The notes under the pieces: generated by a model
Told to the model about the DNA's origin: nothing
The model's database searches: none
Seen by the model: only the letters and a program-made list of their open reading frames with translations
Shown here: positions 13,321 to 26,700 of the stretch, piece by piece
Position numbering within the stretch: the stretch's first letter is position 1
Layout of the letters: each line of letters starts with the position of its first letter
Assembly (NCBI RefSeq): GCF_001194135.2
Contig: NC_068987.1
Coordinates: 108,321,054 to 108,384,590, forward strand
DNA: 63,537 nucleotides
Direction: 5' to 3'
Source of the DNA: Octopus bimaculoides
Lineage: Eukaryota
Program-made: the position numbers and the translations under genes

Positions 13321-14874
13321 GCAACCTTTATTGTATAGGATTTTCAGGCATACAAGCATATGTACCATCACGTAAACGCATATATGCAGGGTAATGGACT
13401 CTGTGGAGCGGAGGAACTGTTAGCTTATCGAACAATATGGCTTGTTGTATTTGTTCAAACTCTTGATATCCTGGAAGCAACGCTCTCAACGATACTGGAT
13501 ACTTGCTATTCCTTATATCCTCATCGGTGTTCCAGAGTATGGACATTTACATGCACATTCAACTGCATTTGTGTGTGCGTGTCTGAGTTTGCATGTGGAA
13601 AACGCACATGATCTTGTGATTATGTTTGTGCCGATTTTCATTTTTTAAATTCCAAGTCAGCGCCAATTTTTAAATAAACTTCACACGTCACTCTGTATTA
13701 AGACACATCATCAGCAAACGCTCCGTTTTAATTCTTAAACGTACTTTAAAACAATCAGTTCTACTAAAGGTATAAGGCCCAGAATTTGGTGGGTGGAGAG
13801 GCTCTACTGGTACCTATTTCACCGACCACAGTGCTCCACTGCTAATTATTTCATCGACCCCAAACGGAGCAAATACAAAGCTGATCTCATCTATGTTTCA
13901 ACTCAGAACGTAAAGCCAGCGCTGATGCAATAGTGTCAGCTCGCCGTGTTAACTTTAAATTAATAACTTTAATTTAACACGTGTAGGCATCAGTTGTGCT
14001 CGAATAAGTAAGCCTAACTTTTATGACAAAGGGGTGACTGATACCACCACCGATGGCATTTACCGCGCAGAAACAACGAAAGGATCATCTATTCCTCTGG
14101 TTTGCTTTCTGAGAAATTATTTACTATACAAGCTGCATCCATAGAATATATTACTAAATATGTATTTATAAAACATATTGTATATGATATTCATATACAT
14201 ATTTAAACAACCTTCTTTTGGTGTTTGTCTAACTCAAGTCACAGCCGCCAATCATACTCTTCGAAAATCGCTAGATGCAAGTAAAGGTTTACAGTTTTCA
14301 TACGTTTTATTCTTCATAATTCCGTAGCTGAGAGGCGTGGTAAGAGATCCTCATTAATATAAATAACTACAATATAACTTCATATCTTTTCTGAGACTTT
14401 TCTAAGTTTTAAGTCACATTGAGATTAAATGCCCGTTTATCAAAAATTAATTATTAGCAAAAAAAGCAGTTTTTGTACCAAAAGGCAATCTTTATGGGGA
14501 GTGGAGCATAAATAATATTTACTGCATCAGAAAAGTCATAAATGCTTGCAAATGTTGAGTACCATACGAAAATGTTAGTAGCTAAGCAAATAGCCTTCTT
14601 CAAAGGCATCAAAAACTCTATAACAGTGTTTATAATGCTATTTCAGGAAATTATCTCCGTTCTCATTAAGTATACAAAAGACAAATTTATATACACCCAG
14701 GCCTATTCCCCATTTTCTTAGGAGTGGGAAGCCACAACAAGACACAAACCAGGCATTCCCTTTATTTCCCATCTCAAAGAGGTGAGCCCCGTTATATGCT
14801 CGAGTCAAAGCATAGAACGCAACCCCCGCCGCATCATGCTGGTTCCGTATCGCTTTGAGGAACATCATAACACA

Positions 14875-15198
14875 TTTGTCCGTCCACAAACACTCTCCAA
14901 TCTTTCCTATCATTTATGAACTCTCTTGCCTCTCTCACTCGAACACCTCTAACAACCAAACTTTACTAACTCCATCCATCTACACAAACCGAGGTCTTCC
15001 TCTGGTTCTGCTGCCTACCACTTCTGCCTTCATTACCCTCCTCATCCATCTTCTCCATGTGGCCAAACCACCACAACATTTGTCTATCCATTTTTGTTGT
15101 TAGATTTTCTCTCATTCTTACTCACCTTCGCTCCTCCTTATTCCTCATCCTGTCCACCCGTGTCACACGAACTTCAGACATCTCATCTCAAACACAAC
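14875..15198 (-). mobile_element. RTE-clade LINE ORF C-terminal fragment
   Basis: VFEMRCL..VTRVDRMRN..WWFGHMEKMDEE..VMKAEV.G.RTRGRPRF.*MDGV, with frameshifts. Confidence 0.8.
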
Positions 15199-15382
15199 TA
15201 GTACCATGTAGTTGAACAAGAGAAATTAGTCATTACTTATTTTGTCCACTTTAAACGTTTCTTGATCATTTCTGTTTTTGTTCTGAAAATTGAAAAGTTT
15301 CTAATTGGACATTACTGTTGGGGAGAAATTGCCTTGGAATGCAACAGAGAAAAGAATCTTCATTCTTAAGTATCACAACATA

Positions 15383-15777
15383 TACTCTTTTTACTCTTAC
15401 TCTTTTACTTGTTTCAGTCATTTGACTGCGGCCATGCTGGAGCACCGCCTTTTGTCGAACAAATCGACCCCAGGACTTATTTTTGTAAGCCTAGTACTTA
15501 TTCTATCGGTTCCTTTGGCCGAACCGCTAAGTTACGGGGACGTAAACATACCACCATCGGTTGTCAAGCCGATGCTGGGGGGACAAACACAGACACAGAC
15601 TCATATATATATACGACAAGTTTCTTTCAGTTTCCGTCTACCAAATCCACTCAGAAGGCGTTGGTCGGCCCGAGGCTATAGTAGAAGACATTTGCCCAAA
15701 GTGCCACGCAGTGGGACTGAACCCGGAACCATGTGGTTGGTAAGCAAGCTACTTACCACACAGCCACTCCTGCGCCT
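15383..15777 (-). mobile_element. tRNA-derived SINE, family A, full length
   Basis: Head AGGCGCAGGAGTGGCTGTGTGG...GGTTCAGTCCC, CORE-like ...TTGGGCAAATGT, internal (CA/TA)n, (GTAAAAGA)n tail; many homologues in the window. Confidence 0.9.
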
Positions 15778-17394
15778 ATTATCCAGATATTTTATGACGT
15801 ACATCAATTACAATCGGGTCAAAGTTGAGGAAAAATTTCTTGAAAAATGTGCCTGTCACCTGACTATGTTTGAAACTCTCAACTTCAACAACAGCTATGC
15901 TGACCACCTTTTACTCTCAAAGATGGTGCATCAGTAAAAAATTATAATGTGATATTTTCAATGCAATAATTTCAAACGGATAAGAAAATAATGACAAATA
16001 AAAAATTACTGGTTTTGCCCCACTTAATGATTTTGCTTCACTCCACCCCATCCAACTTAACACTGGTACCTTGTTAGAGCATCAAATACTGCATTGTTAG
16101 CCTCAGGTGATCCTCTGGCATAGGTGCATCGTGCATAAAACTACACCAACATCGTATCCGATGAGAACCATCTGTTATGCGAGCCGGAAATACCATACAA
16201 AACGATTCTTATTTGCAATGATCTGTATGTGTGCTTTCATACATGAATCTTCTATGAAAAAGGTTCTCTCGCGGCTGATAAAGCAGTATTCAGTATTTTA
16301 TTCAATATATTTGTAATATTGTTCTGCTTATACATAGCTAAAAATATTTAAAATGTTATATTTGTCATTACAACTGCTGCTGAATTCTTTTAAACCAGAA
16401 TCAACTGATAAAGACTTAATTATAATAAAATTATTCCAGAGATGGATATTATATCTTATTTCCAGTATCAGAATACTACGAAACCTATACTCAATTTCCA
16501 TCCATTTGAAAAATAGTACGGTATAAATTGTACGTGATTTGGTAGTCATTTCTAGCAAGACGAACGACAACGTGGCCATCGGGTCTTTGGTTTCGTATTA
16601 TCTGATATTGTTTCTAATTTTCCTTTTGTATTCTTTCGTTTGCTAATGGACTTTTTTTTTCATTCAGCCCCATGAATGTAAACAGTTCAACTGGAACATT
16701 ATAGTATTCAATTTTTCCAGGTGAGTGCATTTTAATTTTTTTTTTTTTTATAATCATAGCCTAGATTAACTGAGTGAATCCTGTTGTTTGGTGGAAGACC
16801 AGCAATGAACTTGTTGAATGAAATGTCAACAGAAGTTCAAGTAACTAAGATTTTTTTTTTCCCTTTCATTGTTTCATTATTTACATCACACACACGCTCG
16901 CAGGCGCGCACACACGCGCGCACGCGCGCTCACACGGACGTACACGTATAATATACTTACATGCATATATATACTTCTTCATCTTGTACAAATACACACC
17001 ACTAACCACTTTAAGCCACTTCTCTTGTTTTGTGTGAGTGTGTGTGTCTATGTGTGCGTGTGTATGTGTGTGTATGTGTGTGTGCGTATGTGTGTGTTTA
17101 TGTATTTGTGTTAATTTTTTTTATGTCTGCGTTAGTCTCCCACCACTGCTTGACAACCGGTGTTAGGGAATTTCTCTTCGCGTAAGCTAGCGGTTCGGCA
17201 ACAGAGACCGATAGAATAAGCACAAAGCTTCAAAACAAAATAAGTACTGGGTCGATACGACTAAACTTCCTCAAGACGGTGCCACAGCATGGCCGCAGTC
17301 TGATGAGTGAAACAAGATAAAATATATATATATATATATTATTATTATTTGTATCAGTATATATATATATATACATATGCGTGCGTGTGTGTGC

Positions 17395-17432
<38 letters not shown>

Positions 17433-17931
17433 ACGTCACACACTAATGACGGTACTCCAGCATGGCTACAGTCATTGGACTGAAACANNNNNNNNNNATA
17501 TATATATATATATATAAACATATGTGTGTATGTGTGTGTGTGTGTTAGTGTGTGTGTGTATGTGTGTGTGTGTGTGTGTGTGTGTATTGTATTTAATAAT
17601 TACTATAAATCTTCCACTGAGGAGGGAGCCGGTTTCCAACAAAGATACAAGGCTACATCTGTCGGATGTACCGTCATAGAGGTCAACTGCACTGCAGATA
17701 TAATCATCGCTTTGGTAATCAAAGAAATAGAGGATATCTATGGAAAACTGGTATGTATGTATGTATGTATGTATGTATGTATGTATGTATGTATGTATGT
17801 ATGTGTGTATGTCTGCATCATCTATGTATATCTACATCTCTCTCTACCATTCTCTCTCTCTCTATCTTTCTTTCTGTATATATATATATATATAACGTTG
17901 AGCATTAACGTGGACATTCAATGTGCTAGAA

Positions 17932-19160
17932 TGCGCCCAGATTTGGAGCACTGCCTATCGACGAAAGAATCGAACCCTGGACTTATTCTTTGTAAGCCTA
18001 TTACTTATTCTAACGATATATTTTCCGAACTGCTAAGTAACGGGGACATAAACACCCCAACATCGGTTATCAAGCGATGGTGGTGGGGGACAAACACTGA
18101 TACACAAACATATACATACATATATTTGTATATATATATATATATATNNNNNNNNNNNNNNNNNNNNNNNNNNNNNNNNNNNNNNNNNNNNNNNNNNNNN
18201 NNNNNNNNNNNNNNNNNNNNNNNNNNNNNNNNNNNNNNNNNNNNNNNNNNNNNNNNNNNNNNNNNNNNNNNNNNNNNNNNNNNNNNNNNNNNNNNNNNNN
18301 NNNNNNNNNNNNNNNNNNNNNNNNNNNNNNNNNNNNNNNNNNNNNNNNNNNNNNNNNNNNNNNNNNNNNNNNNNNNNNNNNNNNNNNNNNNNNNNNNNNN
18401 NNNNNNNNNNNNNNNNNNNNNNNNNNNNNNNNNGGGAGGGCTGCAATCAGAAAACCACTACTTGCAAAAATTAACGTTGCAAAGCGTTTAGAGTGGAGTA
18501 AAAACCTGCAGAATCGGTCCATAGATCAGTGGAAGAATGGAGGAGGATCTGTGATGATCTGGTGGTGGGGTCTATATCTTGGATATCCGCCGGTCCAATT
18601 GTTTCCCTTCATGACAGAATTAACAGTATGTTTAAGCATTTTATCTGATCAAATTCATCCTATGGTTGCGGAACTGTTTCCGGAGGGAAACGCAATCTTT
18701 CAGGATGATAATGCACCAATTCACACAGCTAAAATTGTTACTGAATGGCACGAGGAACTTTCTAGTGAAGTTGAACATCATATCTGGCCACCTCAGTCCC
18801 CAGATCTCAATATTATTGAACATTTTTGGTGCAATTTGGTAAAACAAGTGAGGAGTCGATATCCTCGATCATCATCACTACAAGAACGGGAGACTGTTTT
18901 AGCTGAGGAATGGACAAAAATTCCTTTGGAAACAATTCAAATGTTGTACGAGTCCATTACTCATAGAATTCAAGCTTTAATTGCTGCCAAAGGCGATTCA
19001 ACACCTTATTCAAAGAAATTTGTTTGAAATTTTAAGATGTTTCCATTATTTTGTCCAACCCCTGTATGTATATATACGCCGGACTTCTTTCAGTTTCCGT
19101 CAAGCAAATCTACTGACAAGGTTCTGGTCGGCCCGAGGTTTTTGCAGAAGACTCTTGTAT
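17932..19160 (-). mobile_element. SINE family A split by a Tc1 insertion
   Basis: 3' half at about 17932-18147; 5' half resumes after the Tc1 TIR at 19065-19160 (TATATACGCCGGACTTCTTTCAGTTTCCGTC). Confidence 0.75.
18434..19064 (+). mobile_element. Tc1-family (DD34E) transposon, 3' part, internally deleted
   Basis: RKPLL..RLEW..DQWK fused directly to GGGSVMIW (first catalytic D region missing); FQDDNAPIHTAK; WPPQSPDLNIIEHFW. Right TIR TGTTTCCATTATTTTGTCCAACCCCTG followed by TA at 19065-19066. Confidence 0.92.
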
Positions 19161-19643
19161 ACCAATTCCGTCACTTTCAGAATAAGTGTGGCGCTGTGTG
19201 ACACGGCTGGAATGTTAAATTACAGGCTGAATTCATTCCGAGAAAGCTTATAGTTTCTGCCCCATGAGTTCCAATTATAATGTGTGAGTCCATCCCGAAT
19301 TTTAGAAACCGATAGTAAATCTGACCTCATGCTTGCGGCCAAAAGAATATATAAACCGTACGCATGCACCTAAACACACACATATGCACACGCATTTTTT
19401 ATTGATTTGTGTAACTCCGGGTTAGCCTCTGATCCAGTAACCATAGCACGCAACTAATAAAATGAACGACTAGAAGTGTCCCACACAATCAGTTATTCCC
19501 GATATATCAAATCAGAACTCTTGTTTCTATGAAAGAAACTCATAAAGTTCGATCTCTTTTCAGATCTTTTCCCAATTTTCAGATCATTTTTTTTGCAACT
19601 TCCAACGTTTTCAGAATTTTTCTTTCAGAATATATTCAAGTCT

Positions 19644-19930
19644 GCGCGTTCAGTACGGCCGAATGGTTAAGAGTTTCCTTTCGCAACCACGAGGCCTCGC
19701 GTTCGATCCCACAGCAAGACAGGTTGGATGAACGTCATTTTTATAGCAATTATCGGCGCATACTTTCTAAATGTAATTCAGAAGACGGAAATTGAATATA
19801 AACCCGCTGGGAGGATTGTAATTATAATTCAAAAGGCATAGTCTTGCGTGCACCCTCAATCTAAATCTAGCTGAGAATCACGTTAAAGATACACGTGTCT
19901 GAGAAATACTCAGCCATTTCGTTAATGCAG
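19644..19930 (+). mobile_element. Old mosaic SINE (A-like head, B-like tail)
   Basis: TACGGCCGAATGGTTAAG...GTTCGATCCC head; the tail CACGTTAAAGATACACGTGTCTGAGAAATACTCAGCC matches the family B 3' region. Confidence 0.5.
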
Positions 19931-20860
19931 GAGGAAGTAATTAATTTCATCGAACAAATGAATCCCCATCGGCGAACAATTGATATCTACCCATATTCAT
20001 TATTACTTCGTCCATTGTGTTCATCCATTTTTAAGACACTAGGGTAAATTTGAAGATGTGGCTGTTAACTCTAGCAATAAAGCGACCGCACGAATATCGT
20101 TATTCCTCCATTTTTTTCTTTTCTTTTTTCATGTATTAGACAGCTTAGCACAGATACTTCCAGCAAGGAAGAAATGCTTATCCAATATTCTAAATAGCCG
20201 AAACATCTAAGACCACTGTGCTTTAGGATATACCCGTTTACTTTGACAAATACATAAAACTGGACATTATCACGAAAGACTAGCTTAGAGACGGTAAGTT
20301 TAACATGACATACAGAGAAAGAGACAGAGAGATAGAGAGAGAGAGAGAGAGGAATAGAAGAAAGTGATTGAGAGATGAAAATAAGTAAGGAGAAAAACTA
20401 AGAAAAAAATTGAAAGATAGTCTATAAAAATAACAAACAAAAAAGGTACCGAAATAATTTAGTGCTCAAGGGGGCCCTGCGTTTAAAGCAACGGAAAGAT
20501 ATTTCGAGATTAAATACCTAATTCTTAGATAGGAATTGCCAAAACGATTTCTCAGTCAAGATAAGCATTCTGGGATCAATAAAAAGAAATGACACTCGGT
20601 AGTTATAGTCAGATAACGACATTTGATTATAAGAAAAACTTGGTTAGTTTATAAAACCAAATTTAAGGGACGTTTCTAAAAGTAACAGAATACGCGAGAT
20701 ACAGAAAAAGACATGGAAGTAGTGAGTGGGTTATTATCGTTAATGTTGCTGATTTTCTTGTTATTTTGTCCGAAGTTAGCCATGACAGAGCAGATCTGTG
20801 ATCAAAGTTAATCTAGCAATGATTATTCCGTCTTTTTCGTATTTTCCCTTTCATAACATA

Positions 20861-21240
20861 TAGACGCAGGCTTGGGTGTGTGGTTACGTTCGCTTTGCAA
20901 CAACAGGGTTTGGGGTTCATTTTGAGAATTGTTACCCACTACAACTCTATGACTATTTGAGTAAATAGTCTATGACTTTTGAGTAAATTTGGTTAACGAA
21001 AACTGTGTGGAAGCCTGTGTGTGTCTTTGTACCTTTGTTTTTCTCTCACCCAAAACCTTTTGACAACTGGTGATGGTTTGTTTCCACCCCGTTAACTTAG
21101 TGGAACTGACAAAAGAAAATGGTATGGTAAGTATCGTATCTTAACAAAAAAATCATAAGTACTGGGGTCGATTTGCTCGACTAAAACAATTCAGGCGATG
21201 CTCCAGCATGGCTACAGTCCAATAAATGAAATAATTCAAA
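20861..21240 (+). mobile_element. Old diverged SINE family A copy
   Basis: Recognisable head and tail motifs. Further fragments at about 672-870, 2510-2700, 3184-3412, 4270-4480, 5990-6155, 17135-17490, 27890-28092, 47740-47790. Confidence 0.65.
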
Positions 21241-21258
21241 GATACATACATATATATT

Positions 21259-21293
<35 letters not shown>

Positions 21294-21472
21294 ATATATA
21301 TATCGTGTGTTTAGATCTACATTATTCATTCTGAATAACTTTTAAGAAGTTACCGTGTGGTTTGTAGCAAATTTCGCTGATATTTCTAGCAGGTCGAGCA
21401 ACGATTTAATGACTTCACACATGGGTTCTCATTCCATCATTGTTCAGGAGTTTTCAAACGTTTTTATACACA

Positions 21473-21683
21473 TTTCTACTCTAGGCACAAGGCCCGAAAT
21501 TTGGGGGGAGGGAGCCAATCGATTAGATCGACCCCAGTACGCAACTGGTCCTTAATTCATTGACCCCGAAATGATGAAAGACAGAATCGACCTCGGCAGA
21601 ATTTGAACTCAGAATGTAAAGATAGACGGAATACCGCTAAGCATTTCGCCCGGCGTGCAAACTTTTCTGCCAGCTCACCGCCT
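21473..21683 (-). mobile_element. tRNA-derived SINE, family C monomer
   Basis: Minus-strand head AGGCGGTGAGCTGGCAGAA..., conserved CTTTCATCATTTCGGGGTC core; TSD TTTTCAAACGTT at 21451-21462 and 21683-21694. Confidence 0.88.
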
Positions 21684-22127
21684 TTTCAAACGTTCTAATA
21701 TATATCCGTTGTAGTTGGCATAAGTGCCATAAGCCCTGATTCAATGTTTATCAAGTAGGGCTACAACTCAATGACATTGTTGATATGCCTATGTCATCTT
21801 TTAATTCGGCCATTGTGGGACAAAAACTATATAATTCTGTTACTCCTTTTATTCGTTACCGGAAAACTTTGTAATTTGAGGGAGATTTAGCTGTCATTTC
21901 TAACCAAACAAATTATTTGCTTGTGCGCACAACAGCTTAACAGTGAGTGCCAAGATCAAATCATTTTTATATAGATTACAAATGAAAATAGAAATGATCT
22001 CTCTCTCAGTCCATTTACACACACACAAACACACGTACGTGCGCACACATTTATATATATATATCTGCATACATACATATATATATATACATATACGTAT
22101 ATACGTATATACATATACGTGTACTCT

Positions 22128-22278
22128 CGATATGTCGATGATATCAACTTAGTGGTAAAGACACCCCCACAAGAGAGTACCCCTGAAATAGAAATAGAAA
22201 CTAAGACTATGGAGAGCATCCAGCAAATAGCTAACTCCATCCACCAGAGTATTAGAGTTACGATAGACTACCCTACTA
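22128..22278 (+). pseudogene. Penelope-like element reverse transcriptase fragment
   Basis: Translates RYVDDINLVVK...TMESIQQIANSIHQSIRVTIDYPT: YVDD catalytic motif plus the PLE-type NSIH.SI..T motif; ends at an N gap. Confidence 0.75.
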
Positions 22279-22677
22279 NNNNNNNNNNTATATATATATA
22301 TCTGCATACATACATATATATATATACATGGATATATGTATGTATAGATAGATAAATAGACAAATATAGTTGATAGATACACACAGAGAGAGCCAGAAGG
22401 GTAAGTATAGATAAATAGAGATATCTAAATATATGGACATATATGTAAATGGATTCTATATGTGTCTATGTGGATTAACATCACTCACATAGTGTTGGTT
22501 AAGTGATGTGTGTGTGTGTGTGTGTGTGCGTTTTTGTGTGTGTGTGTGTGTGTGCCTGCGTTTGTGTGTGTATGTCTGTGTTTTCTGCGTTAAATGGACA
22601 AGCGGTGACGAGTGAAAATTCTATCAATAATAGCAATACTTATAAGCTTAAAGCCTATAAGTGATCACCCTGTACTA

Positions 22678-22784
22678 GCTAAAGAAAATAGTCTCATATT
22701 GAGGTATACAAGCCCTCGATGGAAATAAATGTGGTTATTCCTTTTAGGGATCATGTGCCCCAATGTAAGACTATTTTCTTTAGC
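22678..22784. mobile_element. 107 bp MITE-like hairpin with 27 bp TIRs
   Basis: GCTAAAGAAAATAGTCT... arms at 22678-22704 and 22758-22784, 3 mismatches. Confidence 0.55.
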
Positions 22785-23023
22785 AAATACTCGGTGATCG
22801 TTTATAGGCTTTATGCTTATAATTATTGTTAATAAATATATGTATATGTTTCTTTTCAATTTGTTTACGGGAAACGTTTTCAATATACAAATAAAGTTCC
22901 TTTAATATTATGCTGGCTACAGTCTAATGATGCTGACTGGTGAACAAGTTTTGGAGGTTGCATCAAACTGTACCGATATAATGTAGAATGAATATAATTA
23001 TAATAACAATTTATTAATACTTT

Positions 23024-23400
23024 ATGCATCACTACGCGCGTTTCTACAAGTAACGTATGTCTTAGAATCACAGTCCGTATGCCTTGGATGATTACAGTGT
23101 AGTCCATAGTATCCGTGGCCATCGGATTGATCATATTCATGGATTCATTTTTTCAGGCGACAATGGATTGATGGATAATGGATTAACGGATGTTTAAGAG
23201 AGGGATGTTTATCCCTTTTGACCAGTGCGAAGGTTGATTGAGTTACATCCATTTCTGTTATATCGCCCTGAAAAAATGAATCCATGAGGATGATGAACCT
23301 GATGCACACGGATACTGAAGACTATAGGGTAGTCATGCCAGAAATACGGACTCTGATCTTAAGAGTCATGCGATATGTGGAAACGCGCGTAGCGATGCAT
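23024..23400. mobile_element. Foldback element with about 137 bp inverted arms
   Basis: 23024-23160 and 23263-23400 are diverged reverse complements; the outer ends carry GAAACGCGCGTA. Confidence 0.7.
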
Positions 23401-23438
23401 TAATTGCTTATCAATTCTATCCAAGGATCATTGTTATG

Positions 23439-23439
<1 letters not shown>

Positions 23440-23484
<45 letters not shown>

Positions 23485-23635
23485 GTATGTATGTATGTAT
23501 GTATGTATGTATGTATGTATGTATGTATGCATGTATGCATGTATGTATGTATCTATCTATCTATGCATGTATGTATATATATATATATAATGTGTATATG
23601 TAGTCTGCATAATGAATATATGTATTTATATACGT

Positions 23636-23725
<90 letters not shown>
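23440..23725. repeat. (TATG)n and (TG)n microsatellites
   Basis: Directly visible. Confidence 0.95.
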
Positions 23726-23726
<1 letters not shown>

Positions 23727-26700
23727 ATATAATACGAATGGATGTATGCATATTTATTATGGGGAATGAAAAATAGAGAAGTGATGGAGCGTTGGTTGGA
23801 GTTAAAGTAAAATGAACGAATGTCAATGAGTGATAGTAGGAAGAGGAAATATATTTTTGGAGAATAATGATAAATTGGTAAGAGAGTTGTCGTTTGAGTA
23901 AAATATGTGGACTTATTGCATAAGAAATCCGGAGTCGTTGTAGAAGGATAAATAAGGGGGAAAAGGAGTGAAAGAAACTTGAAGATTAGATACAGAAATG
24001 GTAAGGCGTTGAGAGATGAAGAGCATAGCAGAGAAGAAGTGGATTTAGTGAGAATGTAGAGGGAAGTGAGGGGAGAAGGAAAGAGTGAAAGTAGTATGGT
24101 TTAGGTGAAAGGGAGCTGATTAAAGAAAAACACAGCGTGGGACCGTGGGGATAAAAGATTATCGGAAGAACGTCGCACTTCCTCAATAGGAAATACGTAG
24201 CAAATACAAAGATCGTGAGAGCAGAAAGGGAGAATAAAGCAAGACGGTAATTTGAAAGAAGAGGAGGAAGAGTGTGTGTGTGTGTGTGTGTGAGAAATAG
24301 AGAGAGAGAGAGAGAGAGAGAGACGGAAGGAGAGAGAGAGACGGAAGGAGAGAGAGAGACGGAAGGAGAGATAGATAGATAAAGAGCGTGTGTGTGCGAT
24401 TGTGTGTAAGATTAAGAAAGCGAGAAAGATATAGAGGAGAAAGAGAAATAATGATATGTCAGAAGAGAGAGTAAAACAACGCAGTAAATTGAATAACAGA
24501 GAGAGGGGGGAGAGGGGGAGACGTGTTCACTCAAACAGAGAGAATGAGGGAGACAAGGATAGATAAAGGAAGACAGAAAGAGAGACAGAGAGAGAAAGTG
24601 AGATAAAGAGAAAATGCGATCGCGAAAGTGCGATGATGGGGAAGAAGCTGTTATTTAAAAAGTGTAATGGTTCGGGTGGGCGAGATATATACTGAATGAG
24701 TGAGGGTGAAAGAGGAAAGAAAGAAAGAGAGAGAGAGAGATATAGGGAGAAAGGTTTGTGTAAAGGAGAGACAGCTGGAGTGCAATGGGGAGTAGGAAGA
24801 GATATGCAATAAGATTCAAAGTTATAGCAGGTCAAGCCATCATTCATCTATCGGTGTCAGGGTTATAAAGATAAGAAAACAAGATGGCGATAAAAACAGC
24901 CCCAGTTGTCATGTAAGGTCCCTATCTTCTGTACCAACACACTGCACACCAAGACTTCACGTTGCTGCTTTCTATCCATTGAGTTAATGATGTTGAAATC
25001 ACTTCCGCCGTAATGGCGTGCGCTTGCAGTTTTTCCTCTGCAGTTATTCTATCGTGTGTGCATCATATATGAACGGATGATCGTACTAACAGTCAAAATA
25101 AATACGCCTTAATGTACATAAACACATTATATGTGTGTTTATACATACACACACGCTCATACATACAAACATACATACGTTCCTATGTACGTCTGTATTA
25201 TCGCATGCGTTTACGTTTATGAACGAAAGTAAAGTATTGGATTCGTGATTGATTAGGTCATGGCTTCGGCTCTTCCAGTGAGTGGTGCGTTCTATTTTTA
25301 AGTCATTTCTCTTTGCACCCGTATACTCAACTGACATAAGTACAAGCCGCATGCTGGAATACCTTTCTTTTCCTCCCGCTGACTTAAGTTTTGACATAAC
25401 ACCCGAGTGGATTCAGTGGGTAAATTGTGAAACTTGTGAGTAACTTCAAATACGTGTGTCTGATAACAGGCATTCTGCCTTCTTGGGTATACAGATTCTG
25501 TTGGTAAAAACCCTTTAATGCTATCTGCAAGAAGCGGGGAACCGTTCAACTAACTTCAAATACTTAGTCCTGTCTTGGAGACGTCTTTTCAGATCTTCCT
25601 GCACCTGGAAGTTGTTCACTAAAAATACCCTTTGTAATAAGTATCTATTTTACTCATTTGAAGTATAACGCATACTTATAAACTAGGAAAACTATTTTTT
25701 TGTTTCTGTTGGAAGAACACTATTATGGACATTTGATGAGACATAAAAAACTAACCTCAACTTCCATACAGACAGCTATGAAATGTTCTGTTACCACCAT
25801 CATGGAGCCGCTGATAAGCGCCGCTTATTCGGCGCTGACTTATGTCGCATCAGACGTTTTAATGTTTATCTCATTCACACTGTCTTCCTCTTTCTCTTAC
25901 TTTCTCTTTCACACTCTCTTTCATTCTTTCTCTTTTCATGCCCTCTCTCCCCTCTCTCCCTCTGTTTATGTGTGTGACCATACTCCTCTCTATGTGTATG
26001 AAGAATCGGTGTTTATATCAATTGTGTTCAATAAATGAATTATAATATTCATCTCTTTTTCCCACTTTCTCACTTCATCTGCTAACTCATATCTCTAAGC
26101 GTGCAGCGCGTTCTAATTTAGTTGGTATATAATATTCAATTCAGAATTTCGTTTCTATATTATGCAGTGTAAGTCCGATCCTGTTACTCAGTACCTTCAG
26201 TGACTTCGCATGCTGGTACAAGTCTACATAAACTTGGGGAAGGAGAATAAATTAACGGGAGCTCTGATGAAGTCCATCTTATAAACTGCTCCTGCGTTTG
26301 AGTAGCGGATTTAGTTTGTTGCCCTGGCTTAATAATTAAAGACCATCAAGCGTACAGTCTGTTGCAAACATTTGGTCAATAAGCCTGGTTCGAGGATAAC
26401 TTTCCCGTTACTGCTGAATGTTCTGCAAAATAAAAGACTTGAGGAACGAAAGGATATAAAATTTGGGGGAACGGGCTGGTTGATGTCATCAACTTCAGTA
26501 ATTAGTATTTCAGACTGATACTCATTTTATCGACGCCGAAAGACAAAATTAATCTCGGCAGTATTTGAACTGAGAAAGTAAAGAGATTAGATATGCCATT
26601 AAACTTTCTGTCCCGCGTTCTAACGATCCTGCTTCCTCACCGCCTTAATAATAATAACAACCCTACCAACTATACGCACAAAGCCTGAAATTTGGGAGAG

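Noticed and set aside
17290-17320. CTGATGAGTGAAAC hammerhead-like string
   Set aside because: No stem II; it is a mutated SINE A tail.
23880-24300. Minus-strand SNYR..L..S..LSDN resembling a CR1/L2/Jockey RT start
   Set aside because: Too decayed and purine-biased to support a call.
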